From assembly GCA_963848815.1 (NCBI GenBank), contig CAWKFY010000017.1, positions 13,852 through 77,851 on the forward strand: DNA of 64,000 nucleotides. Direction: 5' to 3'. The position numbers were made by a program, and so were the translations under genes. Shown one piece after another: positions 1 through 10,553 of the stretch. This DNA is from an uncultured Chloroflexia bacterium. Lineage in GTDB: Bacteria; Chloroflexota; Dehalococcoidia; GIF9; UBA5629. Positions within the stretch are counted from its first letter, which is position 1. Each line of letters starts with the position of its first letter. The notes under the pieces were generated by a model. The model was given only the letters and a program-made list of their open reading frames with translations. It was not told the DNA's origin and ran no database searches.

Positions 1-288
1 GATATCAAGCTTCCTTAGATTGGCGCCGATGGCCCCCGGAAAATACCTGTCGGCCAGGGTCAGTTTCACCAGCAGGTATATGAAGCTATTGGGCAAGTAC
101 CGTAGTAAATTCATCAGCAGACGGAGCATGGCGACATCACGCGAGGGCAGAAATGCAATCATGCGATCAATGTGATCTACAAATCCGCATTCTGAAAACC
201 TCGGCAGCACTTCGTCGCCGGGTATAAAGACATCCCCCAAACGTTTAACTACCTGAAGCTGATCGGCCGAGAAATATTTCGAGGGCAT
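1..288 (-). CDS. Hypothetical protein, partial (runs off window edge); likely small partner of the GMC oxidoreductase (gluconate 2-dehydrogenase subunit 3-like)
   Basis: Hand translation from ATG at 288: MPSKYFSADQLQVVKRLGDVFIPGDEVLPRFSECGFVDHIDRM..., open to base 1. TAATG overlap with the GMC stop indicates translational coupling. Family assignment is inference. Confidence 0.55.
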   Translation of the reverse strand, partial: MPSKYFSADQLQVVKRLGDVFIPGDEVLPRFSECGFVDHIDRMIAFLPSRDVAMLRLLMNLLRYLPNSFIYLLVKLTLADRYFPGAIGANLRKLDI

Positions 289-1697
289 TACCTTACCTCC
301 TTCATTATCTGTTGGCTTGCCTTTATTGATAACGCAAGTATGGTGAGGACAGGATTCATGCCGGGCGCATTGGGAAAGGCACTGGTGTCAGAACAAAAAA
401 TATTCGGGAAACCGTGCAGGTGAAATTCCGGGTCCACACAGCTTTTCCCATGGTCTACCCCCATTACCAGGCCACCGAAATGATGGGGACAAATGCTGAA
501 ACGGGACGTGGCCACCCATTTAGCGCCTGCACTATAGAGAATACTGTAAGCCAGCTCCTGCGCTTCTTTCGTTCGCCGCTCCTCATCATCCGTAAACCCG
601 CAGTTGATTATCAGACTATCATGCCGGTCCAGACGTAGCGACCCGGGATGTTTGCCTCGAATGGAAGTTTCAACACATGAGAGGTTACGGAAGTTACGCA
701 TTATCTCCTGGTGTATTTTGCCGTATCTCGGGAAAAGCCAGGCCAGGCTGGCAGGCGGAGCGAACGTGTTCTCCAATTTAAATCCCTTCTTGCGAAGCTT
801 GACATCCTGCGAACCATAGACCTGGAAGGGCCCCTTATGCGCATTGATCTCGCGGTCGTACATGCCAAAGTTAAACCACTGCGTGTGCACATAAAAATGT
901 TCTCCCAGGTCCGGCAATTTAGGTTTAAAACCTGACTTCAATAAAAGTTTGGTATTCCCCAGTGGCGCTCCTGCAAGGACAAGCTTTCTGCCCCTGAAGC
1001 TCATCTTTTTACTTTTTTGATATTCGCCGTGTACAGCGACACCGTCATTTTCAACTTCGACCCGCTGGACCTCGAACTCGGGCAAAAGACGCAGACCCTG
1101 TTTGAGAGCGGATTTTAAGACCGTATTGGGCATGCTTTGCTTGCTATCCAGGGCACAACCACCCAGACACATCAGGCAGTCGTTACCCTCCTCCCAATGG
1201 CAGTTATGCTGGGCGCGCAGCTCGGGCTTGGCCTGATAACCGAACCTGGTATGGCCTTCCTCGAAAATTTTAGAGCATTCGTTTCGATATCTTTCATCAA
1301 CGGGCGCCACGTGCAGCAGAGGATCAGCCTTTTTATACCAGGGTTCCATCTCCTCAATAGTGAAATATTTTATGCCGGACTGCTCTCGCCAGGGACCAAA
1401 TGCGTACTCATCAAAACGATAGATAATGGCCTGATAAGCAAGCGTGCCGCCGCCAACTGCTTTCCCGCGCATAATGCCATTTTTACACGTGGTATCCAGC
1501 TCCAGGCCACCCGACCAGTATATCTGCGAGTTATAATCGATCTCTAACTGGGGAAAAGTATCCCGTGGAAAATATCTCCCAGCTTCCAGCATCAGGCATC
1601 GTATGCCCTCACGCGTCAGCTCATTGGCGATAGCCGATCCCGAAGGACCGGAGCCGATGATTATTACATCGTAAACAGCCTTATTAGCATCCTCCAT
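288..1697 (-). CDS. GMC family oxidoreductase (FAD-dependent)
   Basis: N-terminal DVIIIGSGPSG FAD motif, GKAVGGGT motif, Cys-rich CxxCxxGC segment, C-terminal HHFGG and NPVLT(I) motifs typical of GMC enzymes. Confidence 0.88.
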   Translation of the reverse strand: MEDANKAVYDVIIIGSGPSGSAIANELTREGIRCLMLEAGRYFPRDTFPQLEIDYNSQIYWSGGLELDTTCKNGIMRGKAVGGGTLAYQAIIYRFDEYAFGPWREQSGIKYFTIEEMEPWYKKADPLLHVAPVDERYRNECSKIFEEGHTRFGYQAKPELRAQHNCHWEEGNDCLMCLGGCALDSKQSMPNTVLKSALKQGLRLLPEFEVQRVEVENDGVAVHGEYQKSKKMSFRGRKLVLAGAPLGNTKLLLKSGFKPKLPDLGEHFYVHTQWFNFGMYDREINAHKGPFQVYGSQDVKLRKKGFKLENTFAPPASLAWLFPRYGKIHQEIMRNFRNLSCVETSIRGKHPGSLRLDRHDSLIINCGFTDDEERRTKEAQELAYSILYSAGAKWVATSRFSICPHHFGGLVMGVDHGKSCVDPEFHLHGFPNIFCSDTSAFPNAPGMNPVLTILALSIKASQQIMKEVR

Positions 1698-1738
1698 AAT
1701 TAACCTCCCTTACTCCCCATTATTAAAAAGAATAGGAA

Positions 1739-3073
1739 CTATATTTTCTGCATGGCGGGCACACCCGGTTTGCCTATAGGTTTTCTGAAAGGCTTGATCA
1801 TTAACTGAATAGCTTTAACGGCACTATAGTAGCCCATCGACAGAACGCTCGGAAGCGCCCAGGCGGCGCTCCTTATCCCCAGTTTGGGGAAGAGGAATAA
1901 TGCTTGATCCATACCCTTCGCCGGGCAGCCGTGAAAACGTATGATCTTGCCGGCCTCGAGTTTCCCTTCCACTCCGGCACAGGTGCCTATAAGGGCAACC
2001 TTTTCACCCGGATGTATAACATCGCCTTTATAGTACCCGATCACCAACCCCATACGGGGGAGGCCGGCGATTAAACCGGGCCAATAGAGTTCCGACGTTG
2101 CCAGCGACCCGGCCAATGCATTCTCACAGCCGGCCGTACATTCCCTACCGGTCTGAGGATTTACTCCTACGTAAAACTTAACCGGCGTCTTCACCTTGCG
2201 CACATCCCACTGCACTGAATAAGGCGTATCAATCTTTCGAACCCTTTCAGCAAGCTCATCCATGCCCACATCGCCGCCCACTTCTATATCCTTGAAATCA
2301 AGAGAGCCGTACCCGCGATCACGCGCTTCCGCCAGATGGACAACTTCATCAGGTTCGAAATTGAGAATTTTGGCCGCCACCATATCGGCCGCCAGAGGTT
2401 CGTTAGCTATGAGAATAGCTCCCAGATCATAGCTGTAAGAAGCAAACTCTTGCCCGTGTCCAATCTTTATTGCATCCGATACGATCAAGTTAGGGTAGCC
2501 AGCCTCCAGCAGATCGACCATCTTCTCGTTCAAGCGGTCGTCGTGATATAACATTCTCTCTTTATGTGTCAAGATGCCGATGTTGAGCTTAACGGCGTTG
2601 GTGATCTTGCACCCGTTATGGAATTTCATCTTGGGCATCCAAATCTTATAGTTGGCCTCATACAACGATTGGGCCGCAAGCATGGTCTTATGCCATTTGC
2701 CGCGGGACAACTTGATCCTGACCTGCCGTTCCTCGTTAAAATCCTTCAGCGGGACACGGATCCTCTTGGCCATCTGCAGGTACCCTCCGTAATGGAAGAA
2801 AAGCCTGGTGGGAATGGCCATACCGCCGGATTCACCTACCGTGATGTCCGCATCCGCGTTCCTCCCCCGTAAGACCTTAACCATAGCCTCAACTATGGCA
2901 GGGTTAGTGTGAGCCGCCTGCACAACATTGGTCGAGCATACAACATTCGGTTTAATGAGTATCTTGCCGGAAGGATTTTCGTTTAACTCCTCGATTCCTT
3001 CTCCAATGATCCGTGCCATAGTTTGCACATCATAAGCCGAACATCTTCGTAAAATGACTTTGCGTTTTGCCAC
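1739..3073 (-). CDS. DUF362 domain-containing protein (putative Fe-S protein)
   Basis: KILIKPN, ITVGESGG, PKMKFH, ITNAVK and D.VAADM-type motifs of DUF362; C-terminal CTAGC, GTCA and HGCP cysteines. Confidence 0.8.
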   Translation of the reverse strand: MAKRKVILRRCSAYDVQTMARIIGEGIEELNENPSGKILIKPNVVCSTNVVQAAHTNPAIVEAMVKVLRGRNADADITVGESGGMAIPTRLFFHYGGYLQMAKRIRVPLKDFNEERQVRIKLSRGKWHKTMLAAQSLYEANYKIWMPKMKFHNGCKITNAVKLNIGILTHKERMLYHDDRLNEKMVDLLEAGYPNLIVSDAIKIGHGQEFASYSYDLGAILIANEPLAADMVAAKILNFEPDEVVHLAEARDRGYGSLDFKDIEVGGDVGMDELAERVRKIDTPYSVQWDVRKVKTPVKFYVGVNPQTGRECTAGCENALAGSLATSELYWPGLIAGLPRMGLVIGYYKGDVIHPGEKVALIGTCAGVEGKLEAGKIIRFHGCPAKGMDQALFLFPKLGIRSAAWALPSVLSMGYYSAVKAIQLMIKPFRKPIGKPGVPAMQKI

Positions 3074-3116
3074 AGCATACCTCCAATCTTATTAGCTTTT
3101 ATCTAAATATCGACTA

Positions 3117-3995
3117 TTATTGCGCCAGGTGTATCATGGGCAACTTTTTATAATCATTACATGCCGTAACAATGGCTTTTTCCACAGGCACTCTTTCAAC
3201 GGCTGATGCTGCGACAAAACCCAGCGCATCAGTTTTTTCGTATATGACCCTGGCACTTTCCGGATCGTAAAAAGGGCCGCCGTGAATAAGGCAAATTACA
3301 TCCGGATTTGCCTCTTTCGAGGCCTTTATAACGTCCTGCGCCTTGCTGAGTAACTTATCGGTATCTTCCAGGGGAGCATAGCCCGTCATTCCACCCATAC
3401 TCGGGCCGGTGTGAATGCATATAACATCCGCCCCGGCTTTAACCATGTCGACGGCATCGGCAGGCGTGAATACGTAGCACATAGTGAATATGTCCCAGTC
3501 ATGCAGAATCTGCATCATTTCTACTTCTCTGCTCCATCCCCAGTGCTTAACCCCGTAGCCACCGGCCATAAATTCGGTAAATTTTCTTAAAGCCATACCG
3601 CCTTCGATCAGATTTTCGTAGATACCGACCGTCGGGAAGTTGATCACACCGCTGAATCCTTTATCGATGAAACGCCGTAATGACTTTTCCTGATTGAGAC
3701 AGAAAATGTCATTAGCCTCGATACCGGCTATGATAGGCGTGTTTTTTACGACGTTCAGCAGCTCATCCACCATTTCCAGGGTTATAGGATTGGATGTTCC
3801 CGATATCATAGTGGTCGGCAATCCCATCATTCTGGTTTTACCCGTGCTATATACTATTATCAGATCGGCTTTGCCGATCTCTGCACATTTGGCGATGATA
3901 CCCGCGCTGCATCCGGCTCCCAGGATGGGCCTTCTCTCATCAATTTCCTTTCTCAGCCTGCTTAAAATGTCTTTTCTTTTAAATTTTTCAGCCAT
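3117..3995 (-). CDS. Phosphoenolpyruvate hydrolase-like TIM-barrel protein
   Basis: PILGAGCSAGIIAKCAE..ADLIIVYSTG..RM.G, GVINFPTVG, CIHGGP and GFVAASAVER motifs match the TIM-barrel family that pairs with Tm-1-like proteins. Confidence 0.85.
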   Translation of the reverse strand: MAEKFKRKDILSRLRKEIDERRPILGAGCSAGIIAKCAEIGKADLIIVYSTGKTRMMGLPTTMISGTSNPITLEMVDELLNVVKNTPIIAGIEANDIFCLNQEKSLRRFIDKGFSGVINFPTVGIYENLIEGGMALRKFTEFMAGGYGVKHWGWSREVEMMQILHDWDIFTMCYVFTPADAVDMVKAGADVICIHTGPSMGGMTGYAPLEDTDKLLSKAQDVIKASKEANPDVICLIHGGPFYDPESARVIYEKTDALGFVAASAVERVPVEKAIVTACNDYKKLPMIHLAQ

Positions 3996-4001
3996 CTTTT
4001 C

Positions 4002-5264
4002 TTACCTCCCTGAAACAGCTATTTCATCAAAGGCTTTCGCCACTTCGTCGGCAAATTGCTCGTCGTTAATGTCACAGTCCACTTCCTTTATTTTTATCTT
4101 CTTATCTGCCGATCCTTTTAATGTTTCGATAAAGGCTCTATCAGCTTCGGGGTCATAGAGCGGTGCTCCTTTCTTACTGGCCTCGGAAAAGCCGCGCAGT
4201 GGAACTACTATTGTTACCGGCCCCATCGCGCTTTTGGCTTTTTCAGCTATGGCCCTGCCTACTTTTTGAAGCTCCTCTTTGCTCGTTCTTACAAGAACGA
4301 CGTTCGGTCCATGCATCGACCACGCCCTTCCTTTGAATTCATCGGGAACCCCGTCGATTGAGGTCAGGCCCGGGAATATATGCATATCGAGGCCTCCCGG
4401 AGCGATGACCAGCGGCATATCCCTTGTCAAAATACATTCCAGCCGCGACCTTTCGGTATTAATTGAGCCATAAAACCTGGCGACCAGCTCATCCGAATAG
4501 CACACTTTCGGAATGATTTCGAATGGAGTTATATCCAGTATTGCATCAATCGTGCCGTCCTTCGCCATCCTGTCTAGCTTTGCCGCCGTGGCATGAAATA
4601 CCAGTGAGTCATAGCCCCTGGTTGTCATTCGTGAAATTATCTTTTGAACGGCGGGGGTAGTAACGCCCAGGGCTGTTATTCCGGCAAGCCTCCTTTCCGC
4701 AACCTCAGGCAATTCATGCGCAATCATGCCTGCAACGGCGCCGGCGGCGTTAAACAGCGTTTTTACAACAATTTTATTGAGCCCCACCAGATCCACAGGA
4801 GACTGCATCACAGTAATATCCTCCTCACCGATGGGCGCCAGCATCATGAATGTGGTGATCAGGAGTTTGGGAAATCCTATGGGCAAGCTCTTCATTATTG
4901 AAACTGAGCTTGCACTGGCAGTCGTTCCACCCAGACATAAAATTGCATCCATGGCTCCGGAGGAATAGAGATCTTCTACAATTCTTTTGGCTCCGGCAGT
5001 CATCACGTCGGTCGCCGCTTTGCGATCGGCGCCTGCATTTGCTTCATCAACAAGCTGCTGCAGGCTTTTACCCCCCTTTATGGCGACTATCTGTCTGATA
5101 AAATTAGACTGGAGCGAGGGTTGGCCCATAACACCTGTGTCGATAGTGATAACACTATATCCCCACCCTTCGATGATCTCCTTAAGAAACTTTACTTCGT
5201 CTCCCCGTGTATCAAGAGTTGCTACTATTACGATTGATTTTGTTTTTTCTGCCCCTCTTTTCAT
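4002..5264 (-). CDS. Tm-1-like ATP-binding domain protein (UPF0261)
   Basis: VATLDTRGDE, DLVGLNK, GVTTP, H.PNV.LVRT and DINDEQFA motifs; GGAGGT RBS upstream; adjacent to its usual TIM-barrel partner. Confidence 0.87.
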   Translation of the reverse strand: MKRGAEKTKSIVIVATLDTRGDEVKFLKEIIEGWGYSVITIDTGVMGQPSLQSNFIRQIVAIKGGKSLQQLVDEANAGADRKAATDVMTAGAKRIVEDLYSSGAMDAILCLGGTTASASSVSIMKSLPIGFPKLLITTFMMLAPIGEEDITVMQSPVDLVGLNKIVVKTLFNAAGAVAGMIAHELPEVAERRLAGITALGVTTPAVQKIISRMTTRGYDSLVFHATAAKLDRMAKDGTIDAILDITPFEIIPKVCYSDELVARFYGSINTERSRLECILTRDMPLVIAPGGLDMHIFPGLTSIDGVPDEFKGRAWSMHGPNVVLVRTSKEELQKVGRAIAEKAKSAMGPVTIVVPLRGFSEASKKGAPLYDPEADRAFIETLKGSADKKIKIKEVDCDINDEQFADEVAKAFDEIAVSGR

Positions 5265-6093
5265 TCCCTATGACCTCCAACGTTTTATGCCTCATTAGTA
5301 CATCAGTCCCCTGCCTCTCTCCATCAGTGCCGATACTTGTCACTTCTTCCCCACCCTGCATTAGTTCCGCGATAAATTCCAGGATCTTTTTCCTTCGCAA
5401 CGTTGATATGAAGACATTTACTCTTTCTATGGCATTTTCACTTAGAATCGCCACAGCTTCCCTATCATAATCGTGTTTATACTGGATACTTATCTTACGT
5501 ACGAAATCTTTTACTTCTTCTTTGGCCAGAGTGCTGATAACATCGCTCTGCATACGGAACTGGTCCACCTTAAAACCCAGCTCGGCAGTAAGGCCTCCGC
5601 TTCGGATCCCTGCAAAGGCTTCTACAACCTTTATATCGCTATCCGTATACACCCTCCTGCCTTCCTTGTCCTTAATCGAGGCGACCATTTCGCATTCTTC
5701 CATCTCAAGGATTTCGTTTTTCGACAGTCCTGTTCTGCGGCTCAGTTCACTAAGCGTATGAGGGCGGTAAGTACGACGAAGTTCCTGCAGCCGCATAAAA
5801 TTAGTTATCGCCTCTTTGAGTATGACTAGCTCGCTGGCAGACAACTCGGCATTGGCCTGCGCTACAATCTCCCTGATTATCTTCAAGGGCAGAAAATATT
5901 TGGACTGCAGTTCCTTTATTTGCTTGATGCGTTTAATGTAGCTGTAGTCATAATAGGCCATATTTTTACTGGTTTTAATCGGTTTTGGCAGAAGGCCGTT
6001 ATTAATGTAATAACGTATAGTCTCCTTTTGCACGCCGGTTTTACGCACAATTTCACCTATCTTGATAAGCCCGCTGTCGATCTTAGAAACCAT
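5212..6093 (-). CDS. MerR family transcriptional regulator with two MerR-type HTH domains
   Basis: From ATG at 6093: LIKIGEIVRKTGVQKETIRYYINNGLLP (HTH 1) and TLSELSRRTGLSKNEI...GRRVY (HTH 2). The ORF-track start at 6432 is over-extended. The 3' end overlaps the Tm-1 start by about 50 nt. Confidence 0.8.
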   Translation of the reverse strand: MVSKIDSGLIKIGEIVRKTGVQKETIRYYINNGLLPKPIKTSKNMAYYDYSYIKRIKQIKELQSKYFLPLKIIREIVAQANAELSASELVILKEAITNFMRLQELRRTYRPHTLSELSRRTGLSKNEILEMEECEMVASIKDKEGRRVYTDSDIKVVEAFAGIRSGGLTAELGFKVDQFRMQSDVISTLAKEEVKDFVRKISIQYKHDYDREAVAILSENAIERVNVFISTLRRKKILEFIAELMQGGEEVTSIGTDGERQGTDVLMRHKTLEVIGNEKRGRKNKINRNSSNS

Positions 6094-6252
6094 GCAATAT
6101 CCTTCTTTGTATGTAGTGATTAGCAGTGCTACGCACTTTCCGTTTATATGATTACAAATGAAAGCCCAAATGTCAAGCGCCATCGTGTTTGTCATTAATC
6201 CTCGGTAGCCGTTACGTGTGCTCCTAATGTATAGGAGCAGGTCTATACTGCC

Positions 6253-6281
6253 TTGACAATGGATAAATAAGAATCTAAATT
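6253..6281 (+). promoter_or_regulatory. Sigma70-type promoter for the nitroreductase gene
   Basis: TTGACA (6253-6258), 17 bp spacer, TAAATT (6276-6281). Confidence 0.55.
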
Positions 6282-6324
6282 TAACGGAGCACCGGCCCGC
6301 AAAGAAAACGCAGGAGAAAGTTGA

Positions 6325-7125
6325 ATGAGCCCGCTTCCGCTTAGCTGGTATTCCGCCATCGTCACACGCTGCTCCCGTCGAAGCTACGATAAAAGCAAGG
6401 CGGTCGGTAAAGACATAAAAGAGAAACTCCACAAGGCCTGTGATGAATTCCGGCCGTACGCTTCAGCCCGGGTCGAGTTCGTGTCGGAGCCGCCTGATGA
6501 TATCTTCTATCACGCCCTGGGTTTCTACGGGAATATTAAGAACGCCCCGGCCTTCCTGGCCTTCGTCGCCGATATGTCGGATGATAACGCGCAGGAGAAA
6601 ATGGGCTACACCGGCGAAGGAATAGTCCTGGAAGCGACCTCCCTGGGACTGGGTACCTGCTGGGTGGCATTGACCTACCGCTCCAAGTCAGCCCTGTCTA
6701 TACTGAAATTGAGCGGCCGGGAAAAGCTGCTGGCCGTGAGCCCGGTGGGCTATACCACCGAAGCCTGGACATTCGGCGAGAACGTATTCTCAGCCTTCGG
6801 CGCCAACAGGCGGCGTAAGCCCCTGGAAAGTATGGTCAGTGGCCTTGAGCGCTCACACCGACCTGAGTGGACACAGAAAGCAGTGGAAGCTGCGCGTCTG
6901 GCCCCCTCGGCCACCAACCGGCAGCCCTGGTCCTTCCGCATCGAGCAGGACAGCATCACGGTTTCGATAGCCGCCAGCGGCCCGCAGTATAACGTGTCCA
7001 GGCGGCTGGACTGCGGCATAGCCATGCTTCATGTGGAACTCGGCGCCCTGAGTTGCGGCGCTACCGGCAAGTGGGAACTGCTCAAACAGCCCGATGTGGC
7101 ACGCTTCAAAGCAGACCGGACATGA
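6325..7125 (+). CDS. Nitroreductase family protein
   Basis: R.SRRSY at the N-terminus, LEATSLGLGTCWV, ARLAPSATNRQPW, RLDCGIAMLHVEL. Confidence 0.88.
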   Translation: MSPLPLSWYSAIVTRCSRRSYDKSKAVGKDIKEKLHKACDEFRPYASARVEFVSEPPDDIFYHALGFYGNIKNAPAFLAFVADMSDDNAQEKMGYTGEGIVLEATSLGLGTCWVALTYRSKSALSILKLSGREKLLAVSPVGYTTEAWTFGENVFSAFGANRRRKPLESMVSGLERSHRPEWTQKAVEAARLAPSATNRQPWSFRIEQDSITVSIAASGPQYNVSRRLDCGIAMLHVELGALSCGATGKWELLKQPDVARFKADRT

Positions 7126-7213
7126 GTAAGGATGTGTTCTCTTAATCGTCACCGCTTTTGGTAAAATATTCGCTTCGATATAGAGAGAAAAACTGAGATG
7201 AACGAGGACTTAA

Positions 7214-8209
7214 ATGGTTGAACAGGCAAGCACGGGACTAAGCATAATTCACTACGAACGCAGTAATTATAACTTCAACGGCCGGGCCACACTGGAAGAC
7301 TGCAGTGCGGCAGCCAAAAACGGCGGCGTCTTTTGGATAAACGTTGACTCCGTCACCGATCTAAGCCTGCTGCAATCTCTGGGCAATATCTTCGGTCTGC
7401 ACGACCTGACCATACAGGACATTGAGAATACGGGACACCGCGTAAAATACGAGGATTTTGCCAGCTATCTTCTGATCATGCTTAAGATGCTCGAATACGA
7501 TAAGAAAGCCAAGGCCATCGCCAGTGAACAGCTCAGCGTAATTTTCGGAGCAAATTATGTGATTACCTTCCAGGAGAGGCCGGGCGACTTTTTCGGGCCG
7601 CTGCGAGATGAAATAAGTATCGCCGATTCCATCGTCAGGAAAATGGGGCCCGATTTTCTGGCCTGCCGTATCATAGATACGGTGGTCGATAACTACTTCG
7701 GGACGGTGGAGCAGTTCGGTGAGGAGATCGAGGACAAAGAGGATGAGTTGGTCGCCAACCCCACACGCCAGACATTGAATTCCATCCAGGGCATTAAGAA
7801 AAACATGCTGCAGCTCAGGCAATATGTATGGCCGGTCAGGGAAATACTCAGCGAACTGAGTAAAAAGGACTCACCTCTCATAAAAGAAGAGACTGTCGCT
7901 TATTTCCGCGATGTCTATGATCGCATCTTTGAAGCCATGGATTTAATTGAAAATACACGCGATATGGTCAGCGGCCTGATAGACATTTACCTGTCCAGCA
8001 TGAGCAATAAGACCAACGAGGTCATGAAGGTGCTGACGGTGGTAGCCACCATATTCATTCCCCTGACCTTCATCGTGGGACTCTACGGGATGAATTTCAA
8101 ATACATGCCGGAGCTTAATAGCCCCCTGGGATATCCGGTTGTGCTGGCCTTCATGCTGGCCGTAGCAGGCGGCATGCTCATCTACTTCCGCAAGAAAAAA
8201 TGGATCTAG
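7214..8209 (+). CDS. corA: Magnesium/cobalt transporter CorA
   Basis: Signature GMNF (YGMNFKYMPEL) between two C-terminal TM helices; HRVKYEDF and ITFQERPGD motifs. Confidence 0.95.
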   Translation: MVEQASTGLSIIHYERSNYNFNGRATLEDCSAAAKNGGVFWINVDSVTDLSLLQSLGNIFGLHDLTIQDIENTGHRVKYEDFASYLLIMLKMLEYDKKAKAIASEQLSVIFGANYVITFQERPGDFFGPLRDEISIADSIVRKMGPDFLACRIIDTVVDNYFGTVEQFGEEIEDKEDELVANPTRQTLNSIQGIKKNMLQLRQYVWPVREILSELSKKDSPLIKEETVAYFRDVYDRIFEAMDLIENTRDMVSGLIDIYLSSMSNKTNEVMKVLTVVATIFIPLTFIVGLYGMNFKYMPELNSPLGYPVVLAFMLAVAGGMLIYFRKKKWI

Positions 8210-8212
8210 CCT

Positions 8213-9760
8213 CTACTCAATCATGGCCGGCTGCCCCGAGGCGCCGTTCCCTTTCCTAATGCGGCCGAACGGCAGGAACATGGCAGGTATAGTCCCCAGC
8301 AGCACGATGATGGCGCTCAGCATGTAGTTCATTTCATAGGCAGTTATATTGGCCCTGAGAACGACATACTGGTATAGAAAAGATATAGCTTCATCGTGCG
8401 CAATCTGTACGCTGTACCCCATTTGCAGAAGGGCTGACTGCACGTAGGCCAGCCAATTCATATCTGGAATCGAGTTAGGGGTTATGGTCTGTATGATGGA
8501 AGCCGTGTTTTGCTTGGTGAAATCATCCAGCATGGTGGCAAAGAAAGCGATGCCCAGGGATGCAAAGACGGTCCGGCATACATTTAGCAGAGAAGAAGCC
8601 TGTGCAGTCATCCTTTGCGGCACAGAGGAAAGGGCGTAGGTCATGATAGGCATCATGGCAAAACCTATACCCATGCCCCTGACAAAGAGAATCATACGAA
8701 GGGTATTATCGGGCATGGTCAGGTCCAGCCCTTGAAGGAAGAGGGTGGCAAAACCCGTCATAGCCAGCCCCACAACGGCGGGCACGCGCGGCCCGAACCG
8801 GTCATAAAGCTTGCCCGCTATAGGCATGGTAATCATAGAGCCGATAGCCTGCGGCAATATCATGAGGCCGCTCAGCAGGGCAGTAAATCCTCGCAGGTCC
8901 TGCAGAAAAAGGGGAAGCAGAAAAACCAGTGAAAAGAGCCCCACAGTTGTGACGAAAGTAAGCCCTATCCCCAGAGAATAGCCGGAGCTTTTAAACATGT
9001 GAAGGTCGAGCAGCGGCTTCTTCGAATAGAGCTCGGTGAGCGCCCAAGCCACCACGCCGATGATGCCTGCGGTCATGAGGCTTATGATGCGCCAATCGTT
9101 CCAGTGCCAGGTAGGCGCATACGAGAGAGCATAAAGTATGGCGCTGAACCCTATGGCCGCCAGCATGAACCCTTTATAGTCAAATGTTACTTCGGAGGTG
9201 GGGGTATCTTCGATCCAGGCCAGCCCCATGATAACCGCTAGCAGCACTATCGGCACATTGATGTAGAAACACATGCGCCAGCTCCAGGCATCCACCAGAT
9301 AGCCGCCCAGGGTAGGGCCGATGGCCGGCGCCAGCATCATAGGGATGCCGAAGAGCGCCATTGCCTCTCCCCTATCCTCTGGAGGAACAGTGGTGAAGAG
9401 AAATGTCATGGCCAGCGGGTTGAGAAGCCCTCCACACAGGCCCTGCAGTACACGGAACGTTATAAGCGACGTGGCATCCCACGACAGGCCACACAGGATG
9501 GAGCCCATCAGAAAGCCGCACTGAGCGAACAGATAGATGCGTTTTATGCCAAAGCGTTCGACCAAAAAAGCTGCAGCCGGCGTGCTGATGGCATTGGCCA
9601 TCAAGTAGGCGGAGATGATGAGCTGCGCACGGTCCGGCGTCTCATTGAAGACAGCTATGATATGCGGTAGCGCAGTATTCATGATGGTCTGATCTAAGAT
9701 CACCATGAATGTGCCGGCAATGGCGATGAGTAGTACCTTGGGCTCGCTGGTTCTCGGCAT
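8213..9760 (-). CDS. DHA2 (EmrB/QacA) family MFS efflux permease
   Basis: 14-TM pattern, LDQTIMNTAL, RFGIKR motif A, APAIGPTLGG motif C. Confidence 0.92.
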   Translation of the reverse strand: MPRTSEPKVLLIAIAGTFMVILDQTIMNTALPHIIAVFNETPDRAQLIISAYLMANAISTPAAAFLVERFGIKRIYLFAQCGFLMGSILCGLSWDATSLITFRVLQGLCGGLLNPLAMTFLFTTVPPEDRGEAMALFGIPMMLAPAIGPTLGGYLVDAWSWRMCFYINVPIVLLAVIMGLAWIEDTPTSEVTFDYKGFMLAAIGFSAILYALSYAPTWHWNDWRIISLMTAGIIGVVAWALTELYSKKPLLDLHMFKSSGYSLGIGLTFVTTVGLFSLVFLLPLFLQDLRGFTALLSGLMILPQAIGSMITMPIAGKLYDRFGPRVPAVVGLAMTGFATLFLQGLDLTMPDNTLRMILFVRGMGIGFAMMPIMTYALSSVPQRMTAQASSLLNVCRTVFASLGIAFFATMLDDFTKQNTASIIQTITPNSIPDMNWLAYVQSALLQMGYSVQIAHDEAISFLYQYVVLRANITAYEMNYMLSAIIVLLGTIPAMFLPFGRIRKGNGASGQPAMIE

Positions 9761-9773
9761 CGGGAGCCTTTTT

Positions 9774-10500
9774 CTACCTTACGGCTATCTTAACCTCAAC
9801 CGAAGTGCCAGGTACCAGGATATAGTGCCCCGGGATTGTCGATGGAAATCTTGACCGGTACGAGCTGGGTTACTTTAATGAAGTTGCCTGTAGTGTTATT
9901 GGCAGGCAGCAGCGAAAAGGTCGCAGCGCTGGCCGCCGCTATGCCCACTACATTGCCCTTGAGCTTCAGGCCGCCCAGGCTGTCGATAGATATTTCAACA
10001 TCCTGCCCCGGCTCAATCTTGTATAGGTCGGCTTCGGATAAGTTTGCTATCACCCAGGGCGATGAAACGTCGTACACAGTTACAATAGGACTGCCGGCTG
10101 AAACCCACTGGCCGGGGTAGGCCCATACATACGCCACGTACCCATTGACCGGGGACTCAATGGAGGCGCTGCCCAGCGGATTGTCTTTAACTCCCTGCTG
10201 GAGAGTGGGATTGTCATAGCGCGGCATACCTATGGTGGCGATCTCCTGGCCCTTTTCTACGTAGCTGCCGTAGTCTACATCCACGTTGATGAGCTGGCCT
10301 ACCGTAGAAGTTGCCTTGATATCCACACGCGCGCCCGATATCTGGGCATTATCCGTACTGACATATTTATAGCTCTGATATCCCAGATAAATTCCGGTGA
10401 TTATACCCCCCACGACTATCACGGATACTACTATAAATATCACCCGGCTGCGGGTGTTGGACCATATCGATTGCATCCTGTCATTAAGTTTATTCGCCAT
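9774..10500 (-). CDS. EmrA/HlyD-like adaptor with very short hairpin (YhbJ-like); one frameshift near 9830
   Basis: N-terminal TM helix, STDNAQI, lipoyl halves, TFSLLPANNTTGNFIKVTQLVPVKI. Removing one G from a GGGG run restores ...NPGHYILVPGTSVEVKIAVR* ending at 9774. Confidence 0.85.
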
Positions 10501-10553
10501 AGGTGTTGCCTCCGCCTGAATTTGGAATGGTCATTATAAACATACCCTTATCT

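Noticed and set aside
5212-6432. 406-aa version of the MerR ORF overlapping the nitroreductase
   Set aside because: The first 113 codons cross the divergent promoter region and have no domain character; the HTH begins right after ATG 6093.
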